Source: an uncultured bacterium
Lineage (GTDB): Bacteria; Patescibacteriota; Minisyncoccia; Phycocordibacterales; CAIZLB01
Length of the DNA stretch: 64,000 nucleotides
Reading direction: 5' to 3'
NCBI GenBank assembly: GCA_903936565.1
Contig: CAIZVZ010000006.1
Span: forward strand, 29,436-93,435
Shown: one piece after another, positions 1 to 11,069 of the stretch
Numbering within the stretch: the stretch's first letter is position 1
Layout: the number at the start of each line of letters is the position of its first letter
Notes under the pieces: generated by a model
Told to the model about the DNA's origin: nothing
Databases searched by the model: none
The model's input: only the letters and a program-made list of their open reading frames with translations
Made by a program: the position numbers and the translations under genes

Positions 1-600
1 ATATCATCATAATACAAGGTTGATTTAACAGAATTGAAATATGGTTTGTATTTTTCAAATAGCTCTTTTTCTTTCGCCACCAACTCATTTCCCACAATAC
101 CTGTTTGATTATTTCTCTCCTCAATCTTATCTTGCTTCATTATTTCAGCCCAGGAATCAACTAACCCGCTTTCATCAGCACCCACCCAACCGAATCTGCC
201 ATTCGTAGGAATAGTCGCAAGCTTATTGAAAATATTTGCAATTTCCTTTGCCAAATCAATCAACTGTTCATCTGTCATAGATTCAATAACCTGCCCCAGA
301 TCTTGCCCATCAATAAACGAGAGTACCTGGTATGCCATTGGACAATCACTCTTACTGTAATCAGAAGCGATGACTTCCGGAACTTTAATCCCTAGCGATG
401 ACAATAGTTTAATATTTCTTTCTGTTCCGTTAAGTTGCTTTGCTTCAGTGTTCATTCTAACAACTACCTTTTTTGATGGAATTATTACGGAATATACTTC
501 ATTACAAATACCGATAACCATTCGTTTAATTTCAATAGGTTCTTGTTTTGTTTCTTTTATTATAATCGATTTAACTAGCTCAAGATGATCTGTATTCATA
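1..600 (-). CDS. Phosphotransferase-family (APH/choline-kinase-like) protein, N-terminal about 200 codons; the gene continues beyond the window start
   Basis: ATG at 598-600 (minus) opens a stop-free frame down to position 1 (MNTDHLELVKSIIIKETKQEP...SFIDGQDLG...GRFGWVGADESG). It is missing from the ORF track only because no in-window stop exists. The family call rests on general resemblance, not on catalytic motifs, which would lie outside the window. Confidence 0.35.
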
Positions 601-627
601 TAGAAAAAGCATATCATGTTTAAAACA

Positions 628-662
628 AAAATACCCACCGTTTGGTGGATATTTTTGTTTCT
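628..662 (-). terminator. Hairpin (atacccacc / ggtggatat, one mismatch) followed by a T-run on the minus strand; candidate intrinsic terminator downstream of the LRR gene
   Basis: Inverted repeat 631-652, with ttttgttt flanking on both strands. Confidence 0.4.
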
Positions 663-761
663 CTGCGCGGAGTCGTGAATAATGTTAGAACTGCCATTAT
701 GGAAAATAAGGGTGAAATCTACATTCCTGATTTACAAGACTCTAATCCATACTAGCTCACA

Positions 762-1715
762 CTATATAAAATCAAAACTGGTATAATTTCTTAATAATTC
801 TATACCAAGAAATTCTTTGACCTTATCATTCTTTTTTATATTACCCAGAGCCAACAACCCACGCTTTAGTTTGGGATGTTTTTTGAGACAAGAAATATCT
901 TCGGCGCTAAAGTTATTTCCATTTACAATCACAATATCCTCTAGTTTTTTTGCATTTAGTAATGACGACAAATCTTTAAGACCTTTCATGTTGTCCAACA
1001 CAATTCTTTTTAAGCTATCACATTTTGAGAAATCTGGGAGAGATTTTACGTTTTTCAGATCCTGCAAAAATAGAAACTGGAGATTTGTTAATTCAGAGAT
1101 TATATTGATATCAGACAACCCCCTTATCATCCATAGTTCTAAATATTTTAGATTTCCAATTTTAGGTAAAAGTTCAATATCTTTAGTACCTCCTAACTTT
1201 AGTGATAATGACCAAAGCTTCTTTAATGGTAGTAAAACCGACAAATCCTTAAGGGTTATAGATCGCAAATTTAACTTTTCTAAACCAACTAACCCCTTGA
1301 GAACATCAATGTCTTTTGTATGTCCTTCTAAATATAACTCTTTAATATTCCTAAAAAGAGAAATAGGCTTGAGCGATATCTTTTTCTTTGTTTGTCCAAT
1401 TCCTAGATATTCGAGGTCGGCAGATAAGTGTTCGATTCCATCCAAACTTTCAAGTTTAAAAAGATCAACTTGAAAGTTTCTTACAAAAGGATAGAACCTC
1501 AAAAACGAAAGATCTGCGACACCGTCTACATTGTAGAAGCCGTATACTCGAAAAGAAACATCTGGGTATTGTTTTAAAAATAGTGCAAGCTTTTCATGAT
1601 CCATATCCGTAAGCGGGCCATCAAATTGAACCACTCGGCATTTAGAATCGAGGGGCTGTAATTGATCTTCTGTGATTGGAGATCTTATTTGTCTGATAAA
1701 CGGGTAAGTTTCCAT
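762..1715 (-). CDS. Leucine-rich repeat (LRR) domain protein
   Basis: Repeating LxxLxLxxN/L units across the ORF (LKYLELWMIRGLSDINIISELTNLQFLFLQDLKNVKSLPDFSKCDSLKRIVLDNMKGLKDL). Confidence 0.5.
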   Translation of the reverse strand: METYPFIRQIRSPITEDQLQPLDSKCRVVQFDGPLTDMDHEKLALFLKQYPDVSFRVYGFYNVDGVADLSFLRFYPFVRNFQVDLFKLESLDGIEHLSADLEYLGIGQTKKKISLKPISLFRNIKELYLEGHTKDIDVLKGLVGLEKLNLRSITLKDLSVLLPLKKLWSLSLKLGGTKDIELLPKIGNLKYLELWMIRGLSDINIISELTNLQFLFLQDLKNVKSLPDFSKCDSLKRIVLDNMKGLKDLSSLLNAKKLEDIVIVNGNNFSAEDISCLKKHPKLKRGLLALGNIKKNDKVKEFLGIELLRNYTSFDFI

Positions 1716-1745
1716 GTGATAAATACTATCACATTTCCACTACAC

Positions 1746-1776
1746 AAAAAAGAGCCCTATTCCTAGGACTCTTTTT
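1746..1776 (-). terminator. A-tract / hairpin / T-tract, a bidirectional terminator-like element immediately after the tRNA-Asp 3-prime end
   Basis: aaaaaagagccc..tattccta..gggactctttttt inverted repeat. Confidence 0.45.
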
Positions 1777-1781
1777 GTTTG

Positions 1782-1855
1782 CGCGAGCGATGGGACTCGA
1801 ACCCACGGCCTCTTCCGTGACAGGGAAGCGCTCTAACCAGCTGAGCTACGCCCGC
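1782..1855 (-). tRNA. tRNA-Asp (anticodon GUC)
   Basis: Minus-strand cloverleaf GCGGGCG...CTTCC-CTGTCAC-GGAAG...GGTTCGAGTCC...CGCTCGC-G. Seven-bp acceptor stem with one G-U pair; T-loop GTTCGAGTC. Confidence 0.85.
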
Positions 1856-1934
1856 ATTCTTTACACACCGAAGGTGTGTTATCTGACATTATACATTAAA
1901 CTCAATAATATCAAAATCCTCTTATCTGTGAGGG

Positions 1935-2008
1935 TGTCGACGGGAGGGATCGAACCTCCGACCTTGGGCTTATGAGTCCCACGCTCTAACCGACTGAGCT
2001 ACGTCGAC
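1935..2008 (-). tRNA. tRNA with CAU anticodon (elongator Met or lysidine-modified Ile2; the two cannot be told apart from sequence alone)
   Basis: GTCGACGTAGCTCAGTCGGTTAGAGCG-TGGGA-CTCATAA-GCCCA...GGTTCGATCCC...CGTCGAC-A. G1-C72 argues against an initiator tRNA. Separated from tRNA-Asp by a short hairpin (1863-1879, acacacc gaa ggtgtgt). Confidence 0.75.
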
Positions 2009-2094
2009 GTAGTGATACTATATTACAGAATCACCCTTTTTTCAAGCTTTTGATTTAAATACCAAATTTTACCCAGTAGTTTTATCAAACAAAA

Positions 2095-2440
2095 AAGCCC
2101 CCTTTCGGAGACCTCTTTGTTAAATTGTTGCGGAGTCTGGAATTGCACCAGATCTACAAGGTTATGCTTACTACTACAGCTTTCACTGTTTACTTAAAAG
2201 TAATTTGGAGTCTGGACTATACCTTCATCTGCCCTAGACCGAAGTCCAAAACAGAGTCCACCGTCTAGTCTCTACACCTTCAGGTCTTTAAAAAAGACAA
2301 GCTTGGCTCGGTATTGCCACGTATTTTACCACAGAGGTTTCACCGAATTTGATGGATGTTTTCCATAGATCATCACTGTTCTATGAGCCCTAGTTGAGCC
2401 TCGCGTGCGACTGTAACACTCCCCCGCAATTTCAAATTTC
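2095..2440 (-). ncRNA. Candidate structured ncRNA with RNase P RNA-like motifs, roughly 340 nt; unconfirmed
   Basis: No ORF of 60 aa or more on either strand across 2009-2528. A minus-strand TTGATT-17-TATAGT promoter-like element sits near 2470-2500. Minus-strand motifs: GGCUCAACUAGGGCUCAUAG (compare RNase P CR-I GGGCUCCAUAGGGCA), GGUGAAACCUCUGUGGUAAAAUACGUGG (compare GGUGAAAGGGUGCGGUAAGAGCGCACC), and AGAUGAAGGUAUAGUCCAGAC (compare the E. coli 3-prime region AGAUGAAUGACUGUCCACGAC). The 5-prime UUGCGGGG can pair with 3-prime CUCCGCAA (P1-like). The transcript ends in a CUCC-GAAA-GGGG hairpin plus a U-run (2098-2118). Confidence 0.3.
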
Positions 2441-2528
2441 ACACTAAATACTAGTGTGTTAGTACTATATAACATTCCTCAAAATAAATCAATCTTTATA
2501 CGCAGGTATATTTTGAGATAATTACGCA

Positions 2529-3095
2529 ATGATAAAATCAACTCAAGACAAAAAAGGGTTGTCGTCTTCTAAATTAAGAGCTCTTAAGCTTGCCTGTATA
2601 AAGTCAGCACAAAATAGAAGTGCCAAAAGAAACAATGTCATACAAAAGTCGAAAGATGTCGACATTGTAGATATAAAAAGAGCGATCTCAAAAAGAGACC
2701 TTCTGATGCTGGGTGTTGGCTTATATTGGGGAGAGGGGTATAAAAATGGAAACAGTGAGTTTGGATTCACAAACAGTGATCCAGAAATGATAAAGGTCTA
2801 TTTAAGGATACTCAGAGATATTTATAATATTAAAGATGAGCAGCTAGTTCTAAAAATAAATATCAATAAATTATTTATAGACAATCAAAGTACCATCGAA
2901 AAATATTGGCAGAAAATTACAAAAATCAGCAAGCAGCAGTTTACAAGGACAACGGTGATTCAATCAAAATTAAATAAAAAATACAATATCGATGGATACA
3001 AAGGTACAATACGAATAAAGGTAAAGCGAGGTGAATTTCTAAAAACTAGAATTCTAGAATCAATAAATGAAATATGTCGTATTATAGACAATTAG
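2529..3095 (+). CDS. LAGLIDADG-type homing endonuclease-like protein (single-motif, I-CreI-like architecture)
   Basis: LLMLGVGLYWGEGYKNG...FGFTNSDPEMIKVYLRILRDIY matches the LAGLIDADG helix followed by a beta-strand pattern. The 188-aa size fits homodimeric family members. The gene lies directly beside the tRNA pair and the ncRNA candidate. Confidence 0.45.
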   Translation: MIKSTQDKKGLSSSKLRALKLACIKSAQNRSAKRNNVIQKSKDVDIVDIKRAISKRDLLMLGVGLYWGEGYKNGNSEFGFTNSDPEMIKVYLRILRDIYNIKDEQLVLKININKLFIDNQSTIEKYWQKITKISKQQFTRTTVIQSKLNKKYNIDGYKGTIRIKVKRGEFLKTRILESINEICRIIDN

Positions 3096-3889
3096 ATGAA
3101 ATAGAACTCCTCAAACACCTTCCTGTATAAATCAATTGTATTCTGCGCCTGCTCATATGACATCTCGTAAGATGATCCTTCATGGGCAATGGTATTCCTA
3201 ACCTTGTGAGCCCTCCAAGCAGAATCTAGATTATTAAAATCTGATGGCTCTATCACCTTCAGTTTATCAGCTATCGTATCACCCTCATACCCCATTTGCT
3301 CAAGCATTTCATATAATAAAATATCCGCCTCAAGTATTGCCATTCTCCATTCAGAAGAATTCATGGATGCCATATGTTTCTCAATTTCAACCCACTTTTT
3401 ATTTTCTCCAGAATTATTGAGTACAAATTTTGCCACACCACCCTCAACCGATGACCCACCTTCAATAACACCAGCACCTCCATCAACCGACGCTCCACCA
3501 CCAACAGTAGCCTTAGCGGTACTTGAAAGACTTGCAACATACCCCTTCGGTAAACTGGTTTTATACAATGTCAAAATCTCCTTATGTTTATATTTAAAGT
3601 AGATTGAACCTAACACAAAAATCAAAATCAAAAAGACAGAGAGGAAAATTACCATATTAAAAATACCATTGAACAAATCCAACCCACTGTTCAAAATACC
3701 AGAAAAATAATTTATTGAATTTGCCTGACTGTATCCGAGCCTCTCCAAAACATACCTGCCTGTTGCCAGGTATATAACAACAATAAAAGCCACAACCAAA
3801 AAAATCTTTGCCTCCAACTCAAACATGTGCCCCGCTGGAGCAGCAGGCTTTGCCCCCGCCTTTTTTGGATCTGGTTTTTTATCAGCCAT
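3092..3889 (-). CDS. Membrane-anchored protein with a C-terminal DUF4145 / HEPN-like domain (R-x4-H motif)
   Basis: N-terminal basic stretch plus TM helix (IFLVVAFIVVIYLATG), a second TM, a Gly/Ser-rich linker (GGGASVDGGAGVIEGGSSVEGG), then a C-terminal domain ending AWRAHKVRNTIAHEGS (R-N-x3-H signature of DUF4145). Confidence 0.45.
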   Translation of the reverse strand: MADKKPDPKKAGAKPAAPAGHMFELEAKIFLVVAFIVVIYLATGRYVLERLGYSQANSINYFSGILNSGLDLFNGIFNMVIFLSVFLILIFVLGSIYFKYKHKEILTLYKTSLPKGYVASLSSTAKATVGGGASVDGGAGVIEGGSSVEGGVAKFVLNNSGENKKWVEIEKHMASMNSSEWRMAILEADILLYEMLEQMGYEGDTIADKLKVIEPSDFNNLDSAWRAHKVRNTIAHEGSSYEMSYEQAQNTIDLYRKVFEEFYFI

Positions 3890-3891
3890 TG

Positions 3892-4125
3892 TTAATTGAT
3901 TGTATTAATAAAAACTGGATGAGTAAAACATGTTAAAAACAAGTTTATACTTATCATAATAAATACAATGACCAAAAAGAGTATAAGAGCAATGGCTGCA
4001 CCCTCAGTCTTTACAATACGCTTTCTAATTAGAAACAATATTATAGCTGGAACCTCTGAACTTCTTTGAAACTTAGCATATAAAAGACTTCCTTCTTTTT
4101 TCTTTTTTGCTTTTGTGTTATTCAT
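3892..4125 (-). CDS. Small single-pass membrane protein (77 aa), tightly coupled (3-bp gap) to the downstream DUF4145 gene
   Basis: Lys-rich N-terminus, hydrophobic helix AIALILFLVIVFIMISINLFL. Confidence 0.35.
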   Translation of the reverse strand: MNNTKAKKKKEGSLLYAKFQRSSEVPAIILFLIRKRIVKTEGAAIALILFLVIVFIMISINLFLTCFTHPVFINTIN

Positions 4126-4186
4126 GATGGATATATTATATCAATAAACCACAAAACCCCCTAATAGAATATGAACACTCGAACTC

Positions 4187-5665
4187 TTAAGCTGTAGTAA
4201 ACTTTTTTCCTATTGCAAACAATACGTCCTCTCTACATAGCGGCGCCATAAACTGAATCCCAAGTGGTAACTTTATTTTTTCTCCCGCAGAATTTACTTC
4301 ATCCAACTCTACAACACCAGATGGAATAGAAATAGCAGGAATTCCTATCAGGTTGGCCGTAACTGTGAATATATCCTCCAAATACATTGCGACTGGGTCA
4401 CTACTATTCTGCCCCATTTTAAATGCTGGAGACGGTGCGGTTGGAGTCAATATCACATCCACTTCCTCATAGGCCTTTTTAAAATCTGCTGCAATCAAAT
4501 CTCTAACAATATTCGCCTTATTATAATAGGCATCATGATATCCAGAAGATAGCACATAAGTACCAAGAATTATTCTCCTCCTAACCTCCTTACCCAACAA
4601 TTCTCCTCTAGTATTGAGATAATCACCTAATAAATCCTTTCCTTCAACTTTTCCACCGTATTTGATTGAATCAAATCTAGACATATTCGATGAAACCTCT
4701 GCAGGCATCAAAACATAATAAACCGCAAGAGAGTACTTAATATGAGGCAAACTAACCTCCTTTATTTCTACACCAGCATTCTTTAGTTTTTCTATAGAGT
4801 CATTTAAGTTCTTCAAAACAACTGGATTAATCCCCCCCATATTCATAAGCTCAGGAACAATTCCAACACGAAGTTTTTGCAAATTAATATTTGATGATTT
4901 TCCTATTGCGCCCTTAACATCTTCGTCTGATAAAGTAGTTGCGTCATATCTGTCTTGTCCAGAGATAACATTAAATATTTCTTCTACCTCTTCAACTGTC
5001 TTTGCTATTGGGCCTATAACGTCTAGCGATGAGCCCATAGCCATTAATCCATGACGAGAAACTCTTCCGTATGTAGGCTTTAGACCAACTACCCCACAAT
5101 AGCTTGAAGGTTGCCTAATAGATCCACCAGTATCAGACCCCAAGGACACAAGCACAGCGTCCATTGCAACGGATGCGGCTGATCCACCAGAAGAACCGCC
5201 AGCCACCCTACTTAAGTCATTTGGATTCTTCACAACACCATATGCTGAATTTTCAGTTGAACCTCCCATGGCAAATTCATCCATATTTAATCTACCAATG
5301 AATATTGCCCCGGCCTTCTTAAGCTTCGCGATTACAGTTGCGTCATATGAGCTGACATAATTTTCCAAAATTTTTGATGCAGCACCTGCGTGCTTTCCGT
5401 TAATTTGCATATTATCTTTTATAGCAAAAGGAATTCCCAACAGAGACATCGTACTCGCTTGTGTAGGATCGTTTTTTCTAATATCATCTGCATTTTTTGC
5501 CTGTTCCAACGCATCAGAATAAACTTCCCTGAAGGCATTTACTTCCTTGTCGTGTAAGTTTATTTGATCCAAATATGCCTGCACCAATTCTGTGCTTGTT
5601 AGTGTTCCTTTTGTAAACATTTCCCTTACCTTTGAAATTGTCAGTGTTTTTAAATCTATTGTCAT
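4187..5665 (-). CDS. gatA: Glutamyl-tRNA(Gln) amidotransferase subunit A
   Basis: Amidase signature GGSSGGSAASVA; length 492 aa; followed by gatC. Confidence 0.9.
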   Translation of the reverse strand: MTIDLKTLTISKVREMFTKGTLTSTELVQAYLDQINLHDKEVNAFREVYSDALEQAKNADDIRKNDPTQASTMSLLGIPFAIKDNMQINGKHAGAASKILENYVSSYDATVIAKLKKAGAIFIGRLNMDEFAMGGSTENSAYGVVKNPNDLSRVAGGSSGGSAASVAMDAVLVSLGSDTGGSIRQPSSYCGVVGLKPTYGRVSRHGLMAMGSSLDVIGPIAKTVEEVEEIFNVISGQDRYDATTLSDEDVKGAIGKSSNINLQKLRVGIVPELMNMGGINPVVLKNLNDSIEKLKNAGVEIKEVSLPHIKYSLAVYYVLMPAEVSSNMSRFDSIKYGGKVEGKDLLGDYLNTRGELLGKEVRRRIILGTYVLSSGYHDAYYNKANIVRDLIAADFKKAYEEVDVILTPTAPSPAFKMGQNSSDPVAMYLEDIFTVTANLIGIPAISIPSGVVELDEVNSAGEKIKLPLGIQFMAPLCREDVLFAIGKKFTTA

Positions 5666-5733
5666 AATTTTGGAGTTTTATCGTATTTATCTTTTTTTAT
5701 ATTTGCTTTATTGTATGTCTATACCAGCTCAAT

Positions 5734-6042
5734 TTATCCAAGAATTTTCTTAACCTCTACAAATCCACCTTGATACTTCGGTGCAGCTTCCACAAGCCTT
5801 TGTGGTTCTGGGTTAATCTCCTGATCTGAGACATCATCTCTCATAGTGTTTCTATGTGGAAAATCGGCTGAAGTTTTACCTGAAGTGGAGGTTGTATCAA
5901 CCCCTTCTGTCACTTCTTGAATTTGGTCAACATATTTAAGAATACCGCTCAAATCCTTAGCGTATTGCTCAGTTTCTTCATCGGTCAATTTAAGTCGAGC
6001 AAGACTAGCTAATTTCTGTATTTCTTCTGTTGTTATTGTCAT
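5734..6042 (-). CDS. gatC: Asp/Glu-tRNA amidotransferase subunit C
   Basis: MTITTEEIQKLASLARLKLTDEETEQYAKDLSGILKYVDQI is typical GatC. The ORF track extends to 6084, but the internal Met at 6042 is the likely start. Confidence 0.75.
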   Translation of the reverse strand: MTITTEEIQKLASLARLKLTDEETEQYAKDLSGILKYVDQIQEVTEGVDTTSTSGKTSADFPHRNTMRDDVSDQEINPEPQRLVEAAPKYQGGFVEVKKILG

Positions 6043-6086
6043 ATTTGATATAGTAGCATTATTGAAATGAATTTCAAACACCAAGA

Positions 6087-8270
<2,184 letters not shown>

Positions 8271-8330
8271 TTAACATATTTTAAGGCAGTACTGTACCAA
8301 GTAAAGCCCACCCCACCCCGCAAACCCAAG

Positions 8331-8888
8331 TTAGTACTGAACCATCAAACCTCTCTCGACAGTTCTCTTATTTGTAGTATCACATCCACTTTTATCGGAC
8401 AATATTGAAGAGTTATAGCCTCTTGAAATTACCTTAGTAAACGGAACTTCGTCGGGGCCTATGGTAACAAAACCTTTTGTAACCACCACTACCGAACAGG
8501 CGCGATAACCTCCAGAAGAGTAATCTATGACTACGGTTGACGTTGAGTTTTTATCACCCACGGCATTCGGTAACTTTGTAGCTCCAACTACACCGGTACC
8601 ACATTTAATACCAGCAGCTGCTATATCAGTGGAGGTAGCAAAAGGACCGTCTGTAGCAAGAGGGTCACCATTGGCAACCTTAGCATCCCAATATTGCACA
8701 CATTCAGCCCCACTATCAGCTGCGTAAAATGCAATCTGTGAATCTTTTCCAGATCCTGCTAGCAATAATTGTTTTAATATAATGTTTGAAATAGAAAAAC
8801 CAACAGCAAGAAGCAAACTCGAAACCACCATGGCAACAAAGAGAGTAAATCCTTTCTTATTTATTTTTCTTGTTTTTGAATTAATCAT
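8331..8888 (-). CDS. Minor pilin / pseudopilin (prepilin-type N-terminal domain)
   Basis: KKGFTLFVAMVVSSLLLAVGF N-terminal methylation-type motif plus hydrophobic helix. Confidence 0.6.
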   Translation of the reverse strand: MINSKTRKINKKGFTLFVAMVVSSLLLAVGFSISNIILKQLLLAGSGKDSQIAFYAADSGAECVQYWDAKVANGDPLATDGPFATSTDIAAAGIKCGTGVVGATKLPNAVGDKNSTSTVVIDYSSGGYRACSVVVVTKGFVTIGPDEVPFTKVISRGYNSSILSDKSGCDTTNKRTVERGLMVQY

Positions 8889-8896
8889 TTTTTTAA

Positions 8897-9553
8897 TTAT
8901 AGACCAGTTTTAGATGCCCAATTTGTAAAATATTCCCTTAGCGTTAACTTAGCTGGCGTACTTCCATTTTTCCAATATATATTCACAACCATTACAAAGT
9001 CTTGATTATCACCTGTAGTATTACCTGTCCTTTTGAAAAATATTTCTCTTTGAAATTGAGAAGGTACTCCGTCAGCCGCGTCCGTTCCATAAATACCATT
9101 CTTGAACTTCATATATTCCATACTGTTGTATGTAGAAAAACTATATACACCAACCTCTGACCTAACTAATGAATATCTAAAAGCATCTTTGTCTAAAGTG
9201 ATAAGCGGAGTGATTTGTGGTACACCTGGAGGGGCAACGGACAAGACTCCATTCCACCACGCTTCAGGTAATATTGCAGTATCAGGATCATTCAAAAAAT
9301 CTCTTGTAATTGCGATACTTTGATTATCTCTTATGTTTCTAACGTACTCAATAGCCTCTTGCGCTAGATAGTATGCGGTCATTTGGTCTCGAGTATAATA
9401 TGATGTATGTAAAGCCTGTGCGATAATACCCAACGGCCCAACCACAGCAATTGTTAAGATTGATATAGCAACCAAAGTTTCAACCAAAGTTAAACCCCTC
9501 TCACTATTATTTTCTCCTCTAACCTTGTTAATTAGTAATTTAAAAAGTCTCAT
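8897..9553 (-). CDS. Minor pilin / pseudopilin
   Basis: ERGLTLVETLVAISILTIAVVGPL prepilin motif. Confidence 0.6.
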   Translation of the reverse strand: MRLFKLLINKVRGENNSERGLTLVETLVAISILTIAVVGPLGIIAQALHTSYYTRDQMTAYYLAQEAIEYVRNIRDNQSIAITRDFLNDPDTAILPEAWWNGVLSVAPPGVPQITPLITLDKDAFRYSLVRSEVGVYSFSTYNSMEYMKFKNGIYGTDAADGVPSQFQREIFFKRTGNTTGDNQDFVMVVNIYWKNGSTPAKLTLREYFTNWASKTGL

Positions 9554-9554
9554 A

Positions 9555-10223
9555 TTATTTAGGTAAGTTTAAATTTCTCTGTGATATAAGCGTTTGAATT
9601 GCAAAATCTGAGGTCTGAGTTTTATTTACATTTGCAGTGCCTTTTATTACCAAAAATACTCTTGGCTGACCTGAGTAGTCGGTGACTGGATTGGTAACAT
9701 AGAATTTAAAAGTCTTTATATCAACCTCAGCAGAAGTTACGGGATATTGGTTACCAGGATCATCAGAAGTCACTCTCCATATTCGCCCCTTATTAGTTAC
9801 AGGGTCTTGAGATACATAATAATTAACACTTCGTTTGGTACCGGTAATTGTTGAAATCAAAGAAAGGCTCCCCACGCCATCTGGTGTATTATCACAACCG
9901 TTTCCACCACTGACTACATTAGAACTAGCTACCTCTGGATTGGGTATTAAATATTTCTCAGAACTACAGGTATATGCATATCCAGTTTTTATATCCCTTA
10001 CCATACTATCCACAGCAAAGTTTAGGTTATTTGAAACAGAGTTAATGGCTTGTGCTTTTTTGTTTCCATCAATAATTGAGAGTATTGCACCAAGGCTAAG
10101 TGTCATTACCATGGCAAACAAAGAAACAGAAACCATGACCTCAATAAGGGTAAAACCAAAGTGTTCTTTCGATCCACTTTTTGTTATTATTGTATTTTTT
10201 TGTTGGACATTATTTTTTTTCAT
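9555..10223 (-). CDS. Minor pilin / pseudopilin
   Basis: HFGFTLIEVMVSVSLFAMVMTLSL. The likely start is the internal Met MKKNN at 10223, while the ORF track extends to 10265. Confidence 0.55.
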   Translation of the reverse strand: MKKNNVQQKNTIITKSGSKEHFGFTLIEVMVSVSLFAMVMTLSLGAILSIIDGNKKAQAINSVSNNLNFAVDSMVRDIKTGYAYTCSSEKYLIPNPEVASSNVVSGGNGCDNTPDGVGSLSLISTITGTKRSVNYYVSQDPVTNKGRIWRVTSDDPGNQYPVTSAEVDIKTFKFYVTNPVTDYSGQPRVFLVIKGTANVNKTQTSDFAIQTLISQRNLNLPK

Positions 10224-10243
10224 CTCTTTTAATTGTTTTGTTC

Positions 10244-10960
10244 TTATAGTGAACCGTTGGTACAATTTTGACCAGAAGCATTTTCAACCCTTATCTGACC
10301 TGTCACCTCTACGATAATAGCTCGGCAATTAGAATTGTCGGCATTATTAACAACAATAACAGCTGGGCCATTAGTCTCCCTCCTTACAGCTCCTGAAATA
10401 TCAGTTACCCAGAATGTAGCCTCCGGATTTGGTCTCTTAAAAATTATAGCTAATTTATCGACTTTTTTAACACTAGTACTATTGCACGGTATGATAGCAT
10501 TACTACCAGAATTAGTATTTCCCACGCAAATCCGTGTTATCTTATTCCCCCTCTGATTCTTTATCTCATACAAAGATTGAATTTCTGATGGAGTATAACC
10601 TTGCGTATATGTATTATCAGCATTAGAGTCGCCAAAAACCAAAAATTGATATTGGGAGGCTACAGTGGAAGTATCGAAATAAACACCATATCCCTTGTCA
10701 AAATTAATATCGGAAGGCACTGCAGTGGGTGCTATGGATTTAACACTAATTCCATAAGTCTGCGCCTCACGAACAGCAAGAGCGGTCTCGTATGCTAAAT
10801 TAGTTATCATTATACTACTATTCAAACCCGCCTGGTTAAACAATGCCACACTCATGATTACTGAAAAAATACCCAACACTACCAAAAGTTCAATCAGAGT
10901 AAAGCCCGCCTTCTTGAGCTGTACCAATTTTTTGTTTTTTAAATTAAACAACGCCTTCAT
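10244..10960 (-). CDS. Minor pilin / pseudopilin
   Basis: KKAGFTLIELLVVLGIFSVIMSVALF prepilin motif. Confidence 0.6.
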   Translation of the reverse strand: MKALFNLKNKKLVQLKKAGFTLIELLVVLGIFSVIMSVALFNQAGLNSSIMITNLAYETALAVREAQTYGISVKSIAPTAVPSDINFDKGYGVYFDTSTVASQYQFLVFGDSNADNTYTQGYTPSEIQSLYEIKNQRGNKITRICVGNTNSGSNAIIPCNSTSVKKVDKLAIIFKRPNPEATFWVTDISGAVRRETNGPAVIVVNNADNSNCRAIIVEVTGQIRVENASGQNCTNGSL

Positions 10961-11069
10961 TAGTTATATTGTATCACAACCAAAAACAAGAAAATAGGAT
11001 TTAATACCAATTACCATTGAAGCAAGGAGCCAGCATATCAATTATGCTATATATATCATATAAATATAT

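Noticed and set aside
370-588. 72-aa plus-strand ORF
   Set aside because: Lies antisense inside the longer stop-free minus-strand phosphotransferase-like frame 1-600; no motif.
817-1473. 218-aa plus-strand ORF
   Set aside because: Antisense to the LRR gene; low-complexity translation.
1775-1975. 66-aa ORF
   Set aside because: Overlaps two well-formed tRNA genes on the opposite strand.
2009-3095. Group I intron hosting the LAGLIDADG ORF
   Set aside because: No split exon (both flanking tRNAs are intact) and no recognisable P7/P3 core by eye; left as an open question.
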